64,000 bases of DNA, from contig JBNKJW010000091.1 of NCBI GenBank assembly GCA_050291445.1, positions 1,659 to 65,658 of the forward strand. Reading direction: 5' to 3'. The stretch's first letter is position 1, and every line of letters begins with the position of its first letter. The notes under the pieces are model-generated. The model ran no database searches. It saw nothing but the letters and a program-made list of their open reading frames with translations, and was not told where the DNA came from. The translations under genes and the position numbers were made by a program. Source of the DNA: Bacteroidales bacterium (GTDB taxonomy: Bacteria; Bacteroidota; Bacteroidia; Bacteroidales; NBLH01). Shown here piece after piece: positions 1-11,200 of this stretch.

Positions 1-1
1 C

Positions 2-469
2 TTTGGCGACCATTTCGGAAGTTAAGCCCATGTTTAAATACCATTTGGGGTGCTTTAGAGCAATATCAGGGTGCGGTACCTGTCGCCAGCCACCCATTGA
101 AACCATCGACATGGTTTCGGCACCACCAGCTACAATAATATCCGCAATTCCGGCAGTGATTTTTGCCGAAGCAATGGCTATTGATTCTAATCCTGATGCA
201 CAATAACGATTAATGGTTGAGCCTGGTACTTCAACAGTATCCATAGTCATTAATGAAAGAAAGCGCCCCATGTTAAAGCCCGTTTCTGCTTCTGGAAATG
301 CATTTCCAACAACAATGTCATCAATTCTGGATTTTTCAATTTGTGGGAAGTCACTCATTAGTTTTCTGATCACTGCTGCTGCAATATCATCAGGTCGGGT
401 AAATTTGAATACTCCACGAGGGGCTTTACCTATTGCTGAGCGATATCCTCCTATTATATATGCGTTCAT
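2..469 (-). CDS. fadA: acetyl-CoA C-acyltransferase (thiolase), N-terminal part; the gene runs off the left edge
   Basis: Absent from the ORF track because there is no stop in the window. Reverse-strand translation from the ATG at 469-467 gives MNAYIIGGYRSAIGKAPRGVFKF...GSTINRYCASGLESIAIASAKI. NRYCASG is the thiolase nucleophile-Cys motif. The + ORFs 3..206 and 213..500 are its antisense shadows. Confidence 0.85.
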   Translation of the reverse strand, partial: MNAYIIGGYRSAIGKAPRGVFKFTRPDDIAAAVIRKLMSDFPQIEKSRIDDIVVGNAFPEAETGFNMGRFLSLMTMDTVEVPGSTINRYCASGLESIAIASAKITAGIADIIVAGGAETMSMVSMGGWRQVPHPDIALKHPKWYLNMGLTSEMVAK

Positions 470-541
470 GTTTCGTTCTTTTTTTAGTTTGTTGAGTTAA
501 TCGAATATTTCATTTTCTAACTAAAATCTATTGTTTCTTTT

Positions 542-612
542 GTTGCTGGTTTCTGGTATCTTGTTTCGGGTAGATTCAAACAACCAGTTACAAGCGTCTA
601 GAAACCAGCAAC
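542..612. other. 13-bp perfect inverted repeat in the fadB-like/fadA intercistronic spacer
   Basis: GTTGCTGGTTTCT (542-554) and AGAAACCAGCAAC (600-612) are exact reverse complements separated by 45 nt. Confidence 0.5.
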
Positions 613-618
613 TCGCAA

Positions 619-3021
619 CTAGTTCCTTAGAATCTTCCCTGAAGTAATCAAACTCTGCATCCTTTCCAAGGTCTTTTTCTGAGTACAAAGTTCAACAAAA
701 GCTCTTCTCTCTAAATCTAATAAGTATTCTTCCGAAACTTCAGTCAATGGAGTTGAAATATCTCCCCCAGCCATTACAAAACCAAGCTTTTGGGCTATCA
801 ATTTATCGTGTTCAGACATGTAGTTCCCTGTAACCATCGAATCTGCACCAACATAAACCAAGCCCATTGCTTCTTTGCCTAAAACTTTGATATTATTGCG
901 TGGCGCAGGTTGTACATATCCTTTTTCAACCATATTCAGTGCTACTTTTTTAGCATAGGCCAGTTGATGTGCACGGCTAACAATAACTTCATCAACACCT
1001 TTGCGCAAATAACCTAATTCAAAAGCTTCGTAAGCCGAAGTTGATACCTTTGCCTGACCAATTGTTAAAAAGCGGTTTGTGAAGGCATTGGTACGTACGT
1101 CTCCTTCGTGCAATTCATCCGATAACCGAAGGGCAAATTCCTTTGTACCTCCTCCGCCGGGTATTACACCAACACCAAACTCAACTAGTCCCATGTAAGT
1201 TTCGGCGTGGGCAATAACTTTGTCGCAATGCATTGATAGTTCACAACCACCACCTAAAGTCATTCCATGGGGGGCAGAAATTACAGGTACGGATGAATAG
1301 CGCATACGCATGGTTGTTTTCTGGAACCAATTAACAGCCCAACTAAGTTCGTCCCACTCTTGCTCAACTGCCAGCATAAAAATCATCCCAACATTTGCCC
1401 CAGCCGAAAAATGATCGCCTTCATTTGAAATAATCAGGGCTTCATATTCTGCTTCGGCCAAATCAATTGCTTTGTTAAGGCCTTGCAGGGTTCCTTGTCC
1501 AATGGTGTTCATTTTACTGTGGAATTCAATATTCAAAACCCCATCGCCTAAATCAAAAATGGTCGACTCATTATTTTTCCAAACAACATTTGTTTCACGC
1601 AACAGGTTCAATGAGAGTTTGTTATCTTGGCCTGGAATTATCTTGTAATCTTTATTTTTCTGATCGTAATAGTACTTGAAGCCTTTTTCAATTTTGTAAA
1701 ATGATTTTGCACCAGATTCAAGCATTTCATAAATCCAATCAGCAGGTTTTTTACCTGTCTCTTCCATTTGTTTGATACTTCCTTCAAGTCCAACTGCATC
1801 CCAGGTTTGGAAAGGTCCAAGTTTCCATCCAAAACCAGCATTTAAGGCATCATCAACTTTGTATATTTCATCTGAAATTTCAGGAATACGATTTGAAACG
1901 AATTGGAAAAGGCTGAAAAATGTACTTCGGTAAAAATCCCCAGCTCTTCCTTTATCACTAAACAAAATTTTGGTTCTTTTTGCTAAATCATCAACACCTT
2001 TTGTCTTTTCAAATACTGAAAATTTAGGTTTTGGAGTTTCAACATAATCCAATGTTTTAAAATCCAATGACAAAAACTTCTTTTTGCCATCCTCAACCAC
2101 TTTTTTGTAAAAACCTTGCTTTGTTTTTGAGCCCAACCATTTATTATCCAGCATTTTTTGCAGATAATCTGGTATGCCAAAAACTGCATTTGATTCATCT
2201 TTGGTTGTTTCGCGAATATTGTTTGCCACATGAACAAGTGTGTCTAGGCCAACAATGTCAGCTGTTCTAAAAGTGGCTGATTTTGCCCGGCCAATAATGG
2301 TTCCTGTCAGCTTATCAATTTCAGGAATGGTTAAACCATATTCTTTTACATTGTTAAATAATTGCATGATGGCAAAAGTTCCGACCCTGTTGGCAATAAA
2401 TGCCGGAGTATCTTTTGCAGGAACGGCCACCTTTCCAAGAAATCGCTCAGCGTAGTCACTTAGAAAATCAAGGACTTTTGGATCTGTTTTGCTTGAAGGA
2501 ATTATTTCAAACAACTGCAAGTAGCGCGGAGGATTAAAAAAATGCGTACCGCAAAAATGTTTCTGAAAATCTTCAGATCGGCCATCAAGCATTGCCTCAA
2601 TCGAAATACCTGAGGTGTTAGTCGTAATTAAAGTACCAGGTTTGCGATATTTTTCAACGTTGGTAAAAACCTGTTTCTTTATATCCAACCTTTCAATTAC
2701 TACTTCAATTACCCAGTCGTAATCTTTAATTTTGGGCAGGTCATCATCAAAATTACCGGTTGTTATTCTATTTGCAAACGACTGGCTATAAATTGGAGAT
2801 GGTTTCGATTTTAAGGCTGCTTTTAACGAATTGTTTACAATCCGGTTTCTTACCACCTTGTCTTCTAAACTGAGTCCTTTGGCTTTTTCTTGATCATTAG
2901 GTTCTTTTGGAACAATGTCTAATAAAAGCACTTCCAGTCCAACATTTGCAAAATGACAGGCTATTCCTGAACCCATTACGCCGGATCCAAGCACAGCAAC
3001 TTTTTTTATACGTCGTGTCAT
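619..3021 (-). CDS. fused 3-hydroxyacyl-CoA dehydrogenase / enoyl-CoA hydratase (FadB/FadJ-like, dehydrogenase domain N-terminal)
   Basis: 800 aa. N-terminal Rossmann motif VAVLGSGVMGSGIA. C-terminal crotonase-like region (ISNEGDHFSAGANVGMIF, GGGCELSMHCD). Adjacent to the thiolase gene. Confidence 0.9.
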   Translation of the reverse strand: MTRRIKKVAVLGSGVMGSGIACHFANVGLEVLLLDIVPKEPNDQEKAKGLSLEDKVVRNRIVNNSLKAALKSKPSPIYSQSFANRITTGNFDDDLPKIKDYDWVIEVVIERLDIKKQVFTNVEKYRKPGTLITTNTSGISIEAMLDGRSEDFQKHFCGTHFFNPPRYLQLFEIIPSSKTDPKVLDFLSDYAERFLGKVAVPAKDTPAFIANRVGTFAIMQLFNNVKEYGLTIPEIDKLTGTIIGRAKSATFRTADIVGLDTLVHVANNIRETTKDESNAVFGIPDYLQKMLDNKWLGSKTKQGFYKKVVEDGKKKFLSLDFKTLDYVETPKPKFSVFEKTKGVDDLAKRTKILFSDKGRAGDFYRSTFFSLFQFVSNRIPEISDEIYKVDDALNAGFGWKLGPFQTWDAVGLEGSIKQMEETGKKPADWIYEMLESGAKSFYKIEKGFKYYYDQKNKDYKIIPGQDNKLSLNLLRETNVVWKNNESTIFDLGDGVLNIEFHSKMNTIGQGTLQGLNKAIDLAEAEYEALIISNEGDHFSAGANVGMIFMLAVEQEWDELSWAVNWFQKTTMRMRYSSVPVISAPHGMTLGGGCELSMHCDKVIAHAETYMGLVEFGVGVIPGGGGTKEFALRLSDELHEGDVRTNAFTNRFLTIGQAKVSTSAYEAFELGYLRKGVDEVIVSRAHQLAYAKKVALNMVEKGYVQPAPRNNIKVLGKEAMGLVYVGADSMVTGNYMSEHDKLIAQKLGFVMAGGDISTPLTEVSEEYLLDLERRAFVELCTQKKTLERMQSLITSGKILRN

Positions 3022-3058
3022 ACTGTTAAATAAGTTATTGATTAGTTTGTTTTATTAT

Positions 3059-3514
3059 TTATATTTTGTTTAATAGATTTTCGTTATCACCAATTTCATC
3101 CCGCACACATTGTTTAATAATGTCAAATACCTTTACCATTTGTTCAATATCAGTTTGTTTTAATTTTTCCATTAACTTTTCATTAAAAGTCAGCACTGTT
3201 TGTTTGGCCAGTTTTCTTTTGGCTACTCCTTCCGAAGTTAAAAAAATTCTAACAATCCTTTTGTCATCTTTATCGCCTTCTCTAAATATTAGACCTTTTT
3301 TTTCCATGTTTTTCAAAAGACGACTTAAAGATGTTGGTTCCATGCCCATAAGAGGGGCTATTTTAGTGGCTGGTGTCCCTTCCTTTTCAACATTAATTAA
3401 AACATAGGCAATGGTTTGGGATAAATCGTACTTATTGGCAATACTATTGTACATTCTTGACATAGCATGCCAAGTTGATTTAAGATGAAAATCAACAGTT
3501 TCTTTTAATTTCAT
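3059..3514 (-). CDS. MarR-family transcriptional regulator
   Basis: 151 aa. Winged-HTH pattern TPATKIAPLMGMEPTSLSRLLKNMEKKGLIFRE..DKR. Sits upstream of the beta-oxidation genes. Confidence 0.85.
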   Translation of the reverse strand: MKLKETVDFHLKSTWHAMSRMYNSIANKYDLSQTIAYVLINVEKEGTPATKIAPLMGMEPTSLSRLLKNMEKKGLIFREGDKDDKRIVRIFLTSEGVAKRKLAKQTVLTFNEKLMEKLKQTDIEQMVKVFDIIKQCVRDEIGDNENLLNKI

Positions 3515-3648
3515 AAAAACAAATTTATTATGCTTGCATTACAAATTTATGAAAAAACATTATGCATGCAAAGGAATTATTTTGTTATTTTTGATTTGAT
3601 TTTACTAAAATATTTAAACCAAAATTCAATCAGTAAATAAATATTAAA

Positions 3649-4074
3649 ATGAAACTATCTGATTTTAAGCATGTTAAAAGAGTTGTTGTGCGCTATGATG
3701 ACTTGGATACCTTTAGCCATGTGAATAACAAAGCTTATTTGGCTTATTTAGAAGAGGCTCGTGTCGACTATCATAAACAACTATTTGAATGGAAGGGGCT
3801 GCTTGAATTTAATGCAATTGTTGCCAGAATTGAGATCAATTACATTCTTCCTGTATTTTATGGTGATGACCTTTCTTTGTATACAAGAGCTTCTAATATT
3901 GGAAACAAAAGTTTTGAATTAGAGACCTACTTTGTAGTACAAAAAGGGGAGGAAAAGGTAAAGGTTGCTGAGGCTAAAGTTGTTTTGGTTACAATTGATC
4001 CAAAAACAGGGAAAACCAGGCCAATTCCTGAAGAGGAAAAAAGAATCTTGTTGGAATTTGAAGGAAAGGCCTGA
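3649..4074 (+). CDS. acyl-CoA thioesterase, 4HBT/YbgC-like hotdog fold
   Basis: 141 aa. VRYDDLDTFSHVNNKAYLAYLEEARVDY matches the 4-hydroxybenzoyl-CoA thioesterase family signature. Confidence 0.8.
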   Translation: MKLSDFKHVKRVVVRYDDLDTFSHVNNKAYLAYLEEARVDYHKQLFEWKGLLEFNAIVARIEINYILPVFYGDDLSLYTRASNIGNKSFELETYFVVQKGEEKVKVAEAKVVLVTIDPKTGKTRPIPEEEKRILLEFEGKA

Positions 4075-4078
4075 TTCC

Positions 4079-5359
4079 TTACAAATATTCAATAACCTGC
4101 TCAAGTTTAATCCCACGCGATGCTTTTAATAAAATAGTAAAGTTTAGTAGCTCTTTACTTTTAAAAAAATTGCAAAGTGAAAGGGTGTCTGTAAAGAAAT
4201 GGTACTGCCCAAATGAATTGCTAAACTGGTAAAAATTATCACCAATAAAGAAAGCCTTATTAAAACCCAGTTTCGTTACCAGTTCAATAACTTTTAGATG
4301 CTCTTCTTTACCTGATTTGCCAAGTTCAAACATATCGCCCAAAATAAGTGCCTTTTTATCTTCTTTTATATTTAAGAAGTTTTTTATGGCAAGCTCCATA
4401 CTTGTTGGGTTGGCATTGTAGGCATCAATTATTAGTGTGTTTTTATTCGTTTTTTTTAGTTGAGAGCGGTTATTTTGTGGCTGGTATTCTTCAAGAGCAC
4501 TGATAATTTTGTTAGTAGGGATTTTAAAATAGGATCCAACAGATATTCCAGCTAAAATGTTATTAAAATTATACTCCCCAACAAGCCTGGTTGTAATTAG
4601 GTTTTCACCCCATTTTATTTTTAAAAAAGGACTGGAACCAATAAATTCAGCAAAAGTATTTTGCTTGGAACTCTTTCCATAGGTTATTTTAGTAAGGTTT
4701 ATAGCTTGTTTTAGCAATAAGTTATCCTCTCCATTAATAAATACTGTGCCGTTTTTTTTTCTTAAATAGACATAAAGTTCTGATTTGGTTTTTATTACGC
4801 CCTCAAATGAACCAAAACCTTCAATATGTGCTTTGCCAATGTTGGTGATAATACCAAAATCAGGATCTGCAATACCACATAACTCATCAATTTCACCCTG
4901 ATGATTTGCGCCCATTTCTACTACGCCCATTTCCGTTTCTTTTGTAAAAGATAATAAGGTTAAGGGTACACCTATATGATTATTAAAGTTTCCTTTTGTG
5001 TAACCAAGGTTGAATTTTTGTTGTAAAATTCTGCTAATTAACTCTTTAGTGGTGGTTTTTCCATTTGTGCCGGTAATGGCCAAAATAGGAATTTTTAAAT
5101 ACTTTCGATGATATTTTGCAAGCTCCTGGAGGGCAGATAATACATTTTTAACTAGGATAAACTTTTCATTTTTAGCAAATTCCGCTTCATCAACAATAGC
5201 ATAAGATGCTCCTTTTTCTATTGCCACATTTGCATATTTATTACCGTTAAAGTTATCGCCTTTAAGTGCAAAAAAAAGCTGCCCTGTTTCAATTTTCCTT
5301 GAATCGGTGGTTACACCAGATGAATTTAAATAAATTGAATGTAATTTTTGTATTTCCAT
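4079..5359 (-). CDS. murF: UDP-N-acetylmuramoyl-tripeptide--D-alanyl-D-alanine ligase
   Basis: 426 aa. Mur ligase P-loop ITGTNGKTTTKE and DAYNANPTSM motif. Confidence 0.9.
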   Translation of the reverse strand: MEIQKLHSIYLNSSGVTTDSRKIETGQLFFALKGDNFNGNKYANVAIEKGASYAIVDEAEFAKNEKFILVKNVLSALQELAKYHRKYLKIPILAITGTNGKTTTKELISRILQQKFNLGYTKGNFNNHIGVPLTLLSFTKETEMGVVEMGANHQGEIDELCGIADPDFGIITNIGKAHIEGFGSFEGVIKTKSELYVYLRKKNGTVFINGEDNLLLKQAINLTKITYGKSSKQNTFAEFIGSSPFLKIKWGENLITTRLVGEYNFNNILAGISVGSYFKIPTNKIISALEEYQPQNNRSQLKKTNKNTLIIDAYNANPTSMELAIKNFLNIKEDKKALILGDMFELGKSGKEEHLKVIELVTKLGFNKAFFIGDNFYQFSNSFGQYHFFTDTLSLCNFFKSKELLNFTILLKASRGIKLEQVIEYL

Positions 5360-5360
5360 A

Positions 5361-5397
5361 ACTAAAAATAAAAAACCCGCTGTATTTACAACGGGTT
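5361..5397 (-). terminator. Rho-independent terminator downstream of gldJ
   Basis: On the minus strand, AACCCG (12-nt loop) CGGGTT is followed by TTTTTATTTTT. It lies between the gldJ stop (5423) and the murF start (5359). Confidence 0.55.
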
Positions 5398-5422
5398 AAA
5401 AATATAAAGTAAAATTTATTTT

Positions 5423-6937
5423 CTAAAATCCACCTGGGCTACCTACCCTTGTCATTGCACATCTAAAACCTAAGTTTTCCTTTGCTTTTCTTTCATCAAG
5501 ATACCTTCTGGTTCCCGGGCTCATCCAATACATTCTGTCATTCCAGCCCCCGCCTTTGTATACTCTGGTGCGGTCACTTACCATTGAAGTCATATTTTTA
5601 CCTTTGGGGCCTGTTCCTGCGTAGTACATTCGGTCAGAACCTTTTGTATCCGAAACATCCAGCCATCCGCCTTCAGTATCAATGCTTGATTCAACGTCAC
5701 CATCTCTGTAGTTAATATTATCTGCTTTTTGATAGTTATGTCTTGAATAATCATCAGCTACAGGATCGAATGCAATTCTTCCTAAAGAATCTTTGTCTGC
5801 AATGGTTCCATCGGGATTTCTTCTCACAGTTTTAAATACATTTCCTCTAAATGGTCTGAATTCCTCAACATCTAAAGACGATAATTGCCTGAACACGTCT
5901 AAACACCATTCGTTTACGTTTCCAGCCATGTTGTACAAGCCATAATCATTTGGCCAGTATGCATCAACTGGAGCTGGTACCGATGCATTATCATTAAGCG
6001 CACCTGCAACACCCATCATATCACCACGTCCACGTTGGAAGTTTCCACGGAATTTACCTCGGTTTTGCTTGGTGTCATTTCTAACATAATGGCCATTCCA
6101 AGGAAATATTTTACGATTGTATATTCTTTCTGGCGATCCCATTGAGTTACCAATTAAACCAAGTGCTGCATATTCCCACTCAGCTTCCATTGGTAAACGG
6201 TACTTAGGAAGCATGATTCCATCTTCCATTATTGCGTGTCTTTCACCACCATCAAGTGTTGGTAAGTTTTCACGGATACCGCTTTCGTATTGACCTGCTA
6301 AATAGGCTTGTGTATTAAAATTGTCTTCGTCTACCTGGTTAGGGTTAGCCTCAAGAATTCCTTCATCCATTAAAGCCATTTCGTTTACCCTGTCTGTTCT
6401 CCAGGCGCAATAATCGGTTGCTTGTAGCCAACTTACACCTACAACAGGATAATTGTGGTAGGCCGGGTGCCTAAAGTAGTATTCTACGTAGGGTTCATTG
6501 TATGCAAGTTTTTTTCTCCAACAAAGGGTGTCTGGTAAGGCTTGTAAATAAACTTGTGGATAACTTACGTAAACTTTTGCTATCCAGTTCATGTATTCAC
6601 GATAATCGATGTTCCTTACTTCTGTTTCATCCATGTAATATGAAGCTACGGTAACTCTTCTGGGAATATTATTCCAGTCATAAATTACATCCTGGGCAGT
6701 TTGTCCCATTATAAATGTACCGCCTTCGATGAATACTAATCCGGGGCCTGTTTCTTGCTCAACATAATCAGAAACTTCGAAACGCCCAACGTCAGGATCG
6801 TTATATGCCCAGCCAGTTGTAGTGGATTCGCTACCTACACCGGCACCTCCACCTCCTCTACCAAAGCAAGAGCTTAATGAAATGGTTATTATTACTGATA
6901 TTACAAGTAAAACTGATTTAATCTTCATAACTATCAC
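5423..6937 (-). CDS. gldJ: gliding motility lipoprotein GldJ (SUMF1/FGE-like domain)
   Basis: 504 aa. Lipoprotein signal with Cys (ISLSSC) and an FGE-sulfatase-like C-terminal region (RVYKGGGWNDRMYW). The murF/gldJ/porU/porV neighbourhood is as I recall it from Flavobacterium. Confidence 0.85.
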   Translation of the reverse strand: MIVMKIKSVLLVISVIITISLSSCFGRGGGGAGVGSESTTTGWAYNDPDVGRFEVSDYVEQETGPGLVFIEGGTFIMGQTAQDVIYDWNNIPRRVTVASYYMDETEVRNIDYREYMNWIAKVYVSYPQVYLQALPDTLCWRKKLAYNEPYVEYYFRHPAYHNYPVVGVSWLQATDYCAWRTDRVNEMALMDEGILEANPNQVDEDNFNTQAYLAGQYESGIRENLPTLDGGERHAIMEDGIMLPKYRLPMEAEWEYAALGLIGNSMGSPERIYNRKIFPWNGHYVRNDTKQNRGKFRGNFQRGRGDMMGVAGALNDNASVPAPVDAYWPNDYGLYNMAGNVNEWCLDVFRQLSSLDVEEFRPFRGNVFKTVRRNPDGTIADKDSLGRIAFDPVADDYSRHNYQKADNINYRDGDVESSIDTEGGWLDVSDTKGSDRMYYAGTGPKGKNMTSMVSDRTRVYKGGGWNDRMYWMSPGTRRYLDERKAKENLGFRCAMTRVGSPGGF

Positions 6938-6968
6938 TTTTATTTTTTTTATCTTAATGCAAATATAA

Positions 6969-7934
6969 CTAAAAAGAAGGACAACTTATTGTGTTGTAAT
7001 TTCGAATTTTTTTATCACATGCAAATAAATATGTTAAACTTAGCTCGTGAGAACCTAATGATTGCCCAATAAATCTTGACAATGTAACATCATAACTATA
7101 AGATATTACCAACTTATTAACATTTAAATGAAAGGACAATATCAATGCATCGAAGTTCAATTCTAAACTGTTTCTTAAAAAAGCCCCGACAGACACCTTG
7201 CTAATGTCAAAATACATGCCATAGTAAAGCATGTTCATATTTTGTTGATTAATAAATACGACATTGGGTTCTAAGACAAAACTGGCCTTTTTTGAATCAT
7301 TTTTATCAATAGGAATAAGCGCCCCTGCATGGGCGGTAAATTTCATTGGGAAGTACTCATTATGGTCTTCAGATATAGTATGGGGGATGTGACTGGCTGA
7401 AAAACCTAAAAAATATTTTTTATAATTCAACAATGCGCCTGCCGAAAAGTCGGGTGTAATAAAACTTTGGTCGGCAATACTTTCGGAGTTTGGGTAAACC
7501 GTTCCCTGAACTGGATCAATCATGCTTGGGAAAACTAAATCTCTTGTATTCATACTTTTTTGATACACAGATGCTTGCAAGGCAAATTTCGCGGTCATTC
7601 TTTTCCCAAGCTGAACATGATAAGAATAAATAAAGTCTGCATTTATTTGATTGAAAGTTCCATTGCCTTGCTGGTCATTCATTAACCTTACACCTAATCC
7701 TCCATGCAACAAAGGAACATATTTATCCAATGAAGCACTGTAGGTAACATAAGGAAACTGTACCCCGGGCCATTGATTCCGATAGGAAAGTGCCAATTTG
7801 GGGCAATAATCAGCTCCAGCATAGGCAGGGTTTAAATAAAGCCTGTCGGCAAATAGCTGCGAGAATTGAACGTCCTGCGCCTCAATAAGCTGGGTAAACT
7901 GAAGTAAGATAAATATTTTAATTAATCTATGCAC
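6969..7934 (-). CDS. PorP/SprF-family type IX secretion system membrane protein
   Basis: 321 aa. Signal peptide, then QFSQLFADRLYLNPAYAG, the hallmark N-terminal motif of the PorP/SprF family. Confidence 0.8.
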   Translation of the reverse strand: MHRLIKIFILLQFTQLIEAQDVQFSQLFADRLYLNPAYAGADYCPKLALSYRNQWPGVQFPYVTYSASLDKYVPLLHGGLGVRLMNDQQGNGTFNQINADFIYSYHVQLGKRMTAKFALQASVYQKSMNTRDLVFPSMIDPVQGTVYPNSESIADQSFITPDFSAGALLNYKKYFLGFSASHIPHTISEDHNEYFPMKFTAHAGALIPIDKNDSKKASFVLEPNVVFINQQNMNMLYYGMYFDISKVSVGAFLRNSLELNFDALILSFHLNVNKLVISYSYDVTLSRFIGQSLGSHELSLTYLFACDKKIRNYNTISCPSF

Positions 7935-8227
7935 TTATATACTATTCTTTATTTGTTAGCTGTTTATATTAATGAAACCCTCATTGAAGGATTTATACGG
8001 AGAATCCCCCTCCTTGTAATGATTATGGGGCTGATTTTCATGTTTTAGCTATAGGTTAAATGTGTGAAAAAATGTTGCTAATTTAACCATCAATTAAAAA
8101 TTATGCCTAAAGTATAACGTAAGTAATTGAAAAATTGTGTGTAGCTAAAAAAATATAATTTGTGCACAATAAATTTAGCTAATTAGATTTGTATAATTTT
8201 ATACCGATTTTATAAAACCTATCAAAA

Positions 8228-11200
8228 ATGTATAAATTAAGGTTCGCTTGCTTGCTACTGATTCATTTTGTCGTCATAAAATCTGTTTATTCACAGAATT
8301 CAAATCAGCATTTTGAGATAAAGTGGCAGGATAAACAAGCTTTTTTTTCAATTGAAAATACTAATCAATCTTACCTGTTGTATTTTGAAGGAGCTGTTTA
8401 TGAGTATTCTAAGAGTTATTTGCCGCTATTTTCAAAACTTCTAAAAACAAATGATACACAAATAGAAGTTAAGTTGTTAAATCAAAAATATAGTGGTTTA
8501 ACCAAAGCTGAATTAAGTCAGGTTAAAGATATTGACAAAATACCTGGTGAAATAAAGGTGAAAAGTAAAGTGCAATTTATTAGAAAACAGACTTGGTTAG
8601 CACTCACTTTTATTCCTTTAAGGAAAAATAAATTGACAGGACAGTATGAAAAACTGATAAGTTTTGATGTTGAATATATACGAGCAAACAAAACAAAGAC
8701 TACTTCTCTAAAGAAATATTCTTTTGCTAATCAATCAGTGTTGCGATCTGGTACATGGATAAAAATTAAACTACCTAAAAGCGGTGTTTACAGGCTATCT
8801 TTTAACGAGTTAAGAGATTTAGGGATTGACCAGCCCGAAAATGTAAGAATATTTGGTAATGGTGGCAAAATGTTGCCCTATAACAACTCTGAAAAGAGAC
8901 CAGATGACTTGATTGAGAACCATGTTTTGTTTATGGATAATGCAGTTTATTTTTATGGGGACGGACCGGTTCAATGGGAATATGATGAAACCACAGACTT
9001 TTTTCATCACCAACGAAATTTGTATACCGATTATTCTTATTATTTTTTAAGTTCGGATTATTCTTCGGGAAATAATAATGCAATTGTTCAGGAAAATCAG
9101 GTAACAGGAGCGCAAACACATACCATTAATACATTTACGAATTTAATCTATCATGAAATTGATACCTTAAATTTGATTGGCTCGGGAAGGTTATGGGTTG
9201 GTGAAAGCTTTGATTTTCAGAACAGGTATGCCTTTAATTTTGAATGCCCTGGTTTGGTAACAAGTTCATTAGTTAAACTAAAGACTTCGCTGATTGCCCG
9301 GTCGCCTGTATCGAGCAATTATTTAATTAGTCTGGATGGAACCTCGTTTCAAAGTAATTTTAGTCCTGTAACTTACAGATACGAAGATGAATATGCGAAA
9401 CATAAAGTGGAGCATTTTGAAGCGCAGGTTAATAGTACAAATGAAATTAATGTACAGCTGGAGTATGTTGGCTCAGCTTCTTCAGAAGGCTGGTTGGACT
9501 ATTTATGTTTGAATGCTGAATGTGGACTCAGACTTGAAGGCCAGCAATTGCATTTTAGGAACACTCAGTCAGTTGGTTCAGGAAATATTGGGTTATTTCA
9601 ATTAAGTAATGTAAATAGTAATACTGTTGTTTGGGATATAACAAACCCTCAACAACCAAAACAGGTAAGTACAAACCTGAATGGTTCCACCCTTAGTTTT
9701 AAGCTATCAACTGATACATTAAGAGAGTTTATTGCCTTTGATCCTTCTATGGCGTACTCGCCAATTACTTCGGGTGAGGATATAGGCCTGGTGGAAAATC
9801 AAAACCTGCATTCAATTAATCAGGCAGATATGGTTATTATTAGCCATCCGGAATTTATAGAGTACGCCAGTGAGTTGAAGCAAATCCATGATGGTGAAAA
9901 TAAACTGAGTATTCAACTAGTTGATATTGAGCAAGTATACAATGAGTTTTCATCAGGGGGTAGAGAGGTTACAGCAATTAGGGACTTTATGAAAATGTTG
10001 TATGATAGGGCATCAAGCAATGAACAACTGCCGAAGTACCTTTGCCTGTTTGGAGATGGTTCTTATGATAATAAGCATACTTTCAGTAGTAACACTAATT
10101 TTATACCTACCTATCAGTCAGATAATTCGCTTAGTCCTACCCAATCGTTTGTTACTGATGATTTTTTTGGGCTTTTGGATGATAATGAAGGAGGTCACGA
10201 TGGCCTTGTTGATATTGGAATAGGGCGAATTCCTGTAAAAACAAAAGCTGAGGCAGCCTCAGCCATTCAAAAAATAAGGAAATACTTAAGCTCTGAGGCT
10301 TTTGGCGATTGGCGGAACAGGCTCTGTTTTATTGCTGATGATGAAGACAACAACATACACCAAAAGCAAGCGGATGAGTTAACTAGTATAATTAAAGATA
10401 AGTACCCTGTCTTTAATATTGAAAAAATATTTTTGGATGCTTACACCCAGGAGAGTTCAGCAGGAGGACAACGCTACCCCGGGGCAAAACTTGCAATTAC
10501 CAATCAAATTGAAAAGGGTGTTTTGGTAATGAATTACACTGGCCACGGCGGTGAAAGTGGATTAGCCCATGAACGGGTAATTACCATTGATCAAATTAAT
10601 AAATGGGCAAATAATGATAAATTACCTGTTTTTATGACAGCTACCTGTGAGTTTAGTCGTTTTGACAACTATGAAAAAACCACGGCTGGCGAGCTGGTAT
10701 TTCTAAATCCACAGGGAGGAGCTATTGCCTTGTTTACAACAACTCGTCTGGTATATGCTTCGCCAAATTTTCAGCTGAATAAAAATTTTTATAACTATTT
10801 GTTTGAAAATGATATTAGCACAAACAACAGGTTTAGGTTGGGCGATATAATGAGACTTACTAAAAATGCTTCGGGTTCAGGAATAAATAAACGAAACTTT
10901 ACTTTGCTTGGAGATCCCGCCCTTGAATTATCATTTGCAAACCACTTTATAAAGACCAATTCGATTAATGGTAAGGCAGTTCAATTAAATGCTGATACAC
11001 TAAAAGCGCTTGACAAAGTGACAATTACCGGAGAAGTTCAGGATATTACTGGAACAAAAATTATTGATTATAATGGAATTGTGTACCCGGCCATTTATGA
11101 CAAAGAAAATGAGGTGAAAACATTGAATAATGATGGTGATGGTGTATTTACCTATAAGGTGCAGAACAGTAAGTTGTTTAAAGGACAAGCAAGTGTAAAT

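Noticed and set aside
3-500. + strand ORFs 3..206 (67 aa) and 213..500 (95 aa)
   Set aside because: They lie antisense to a clearly recognisable thiolase N-terminus, which reads on the minus strand from the ATG at 469. Their translations are low-complexity shadows.
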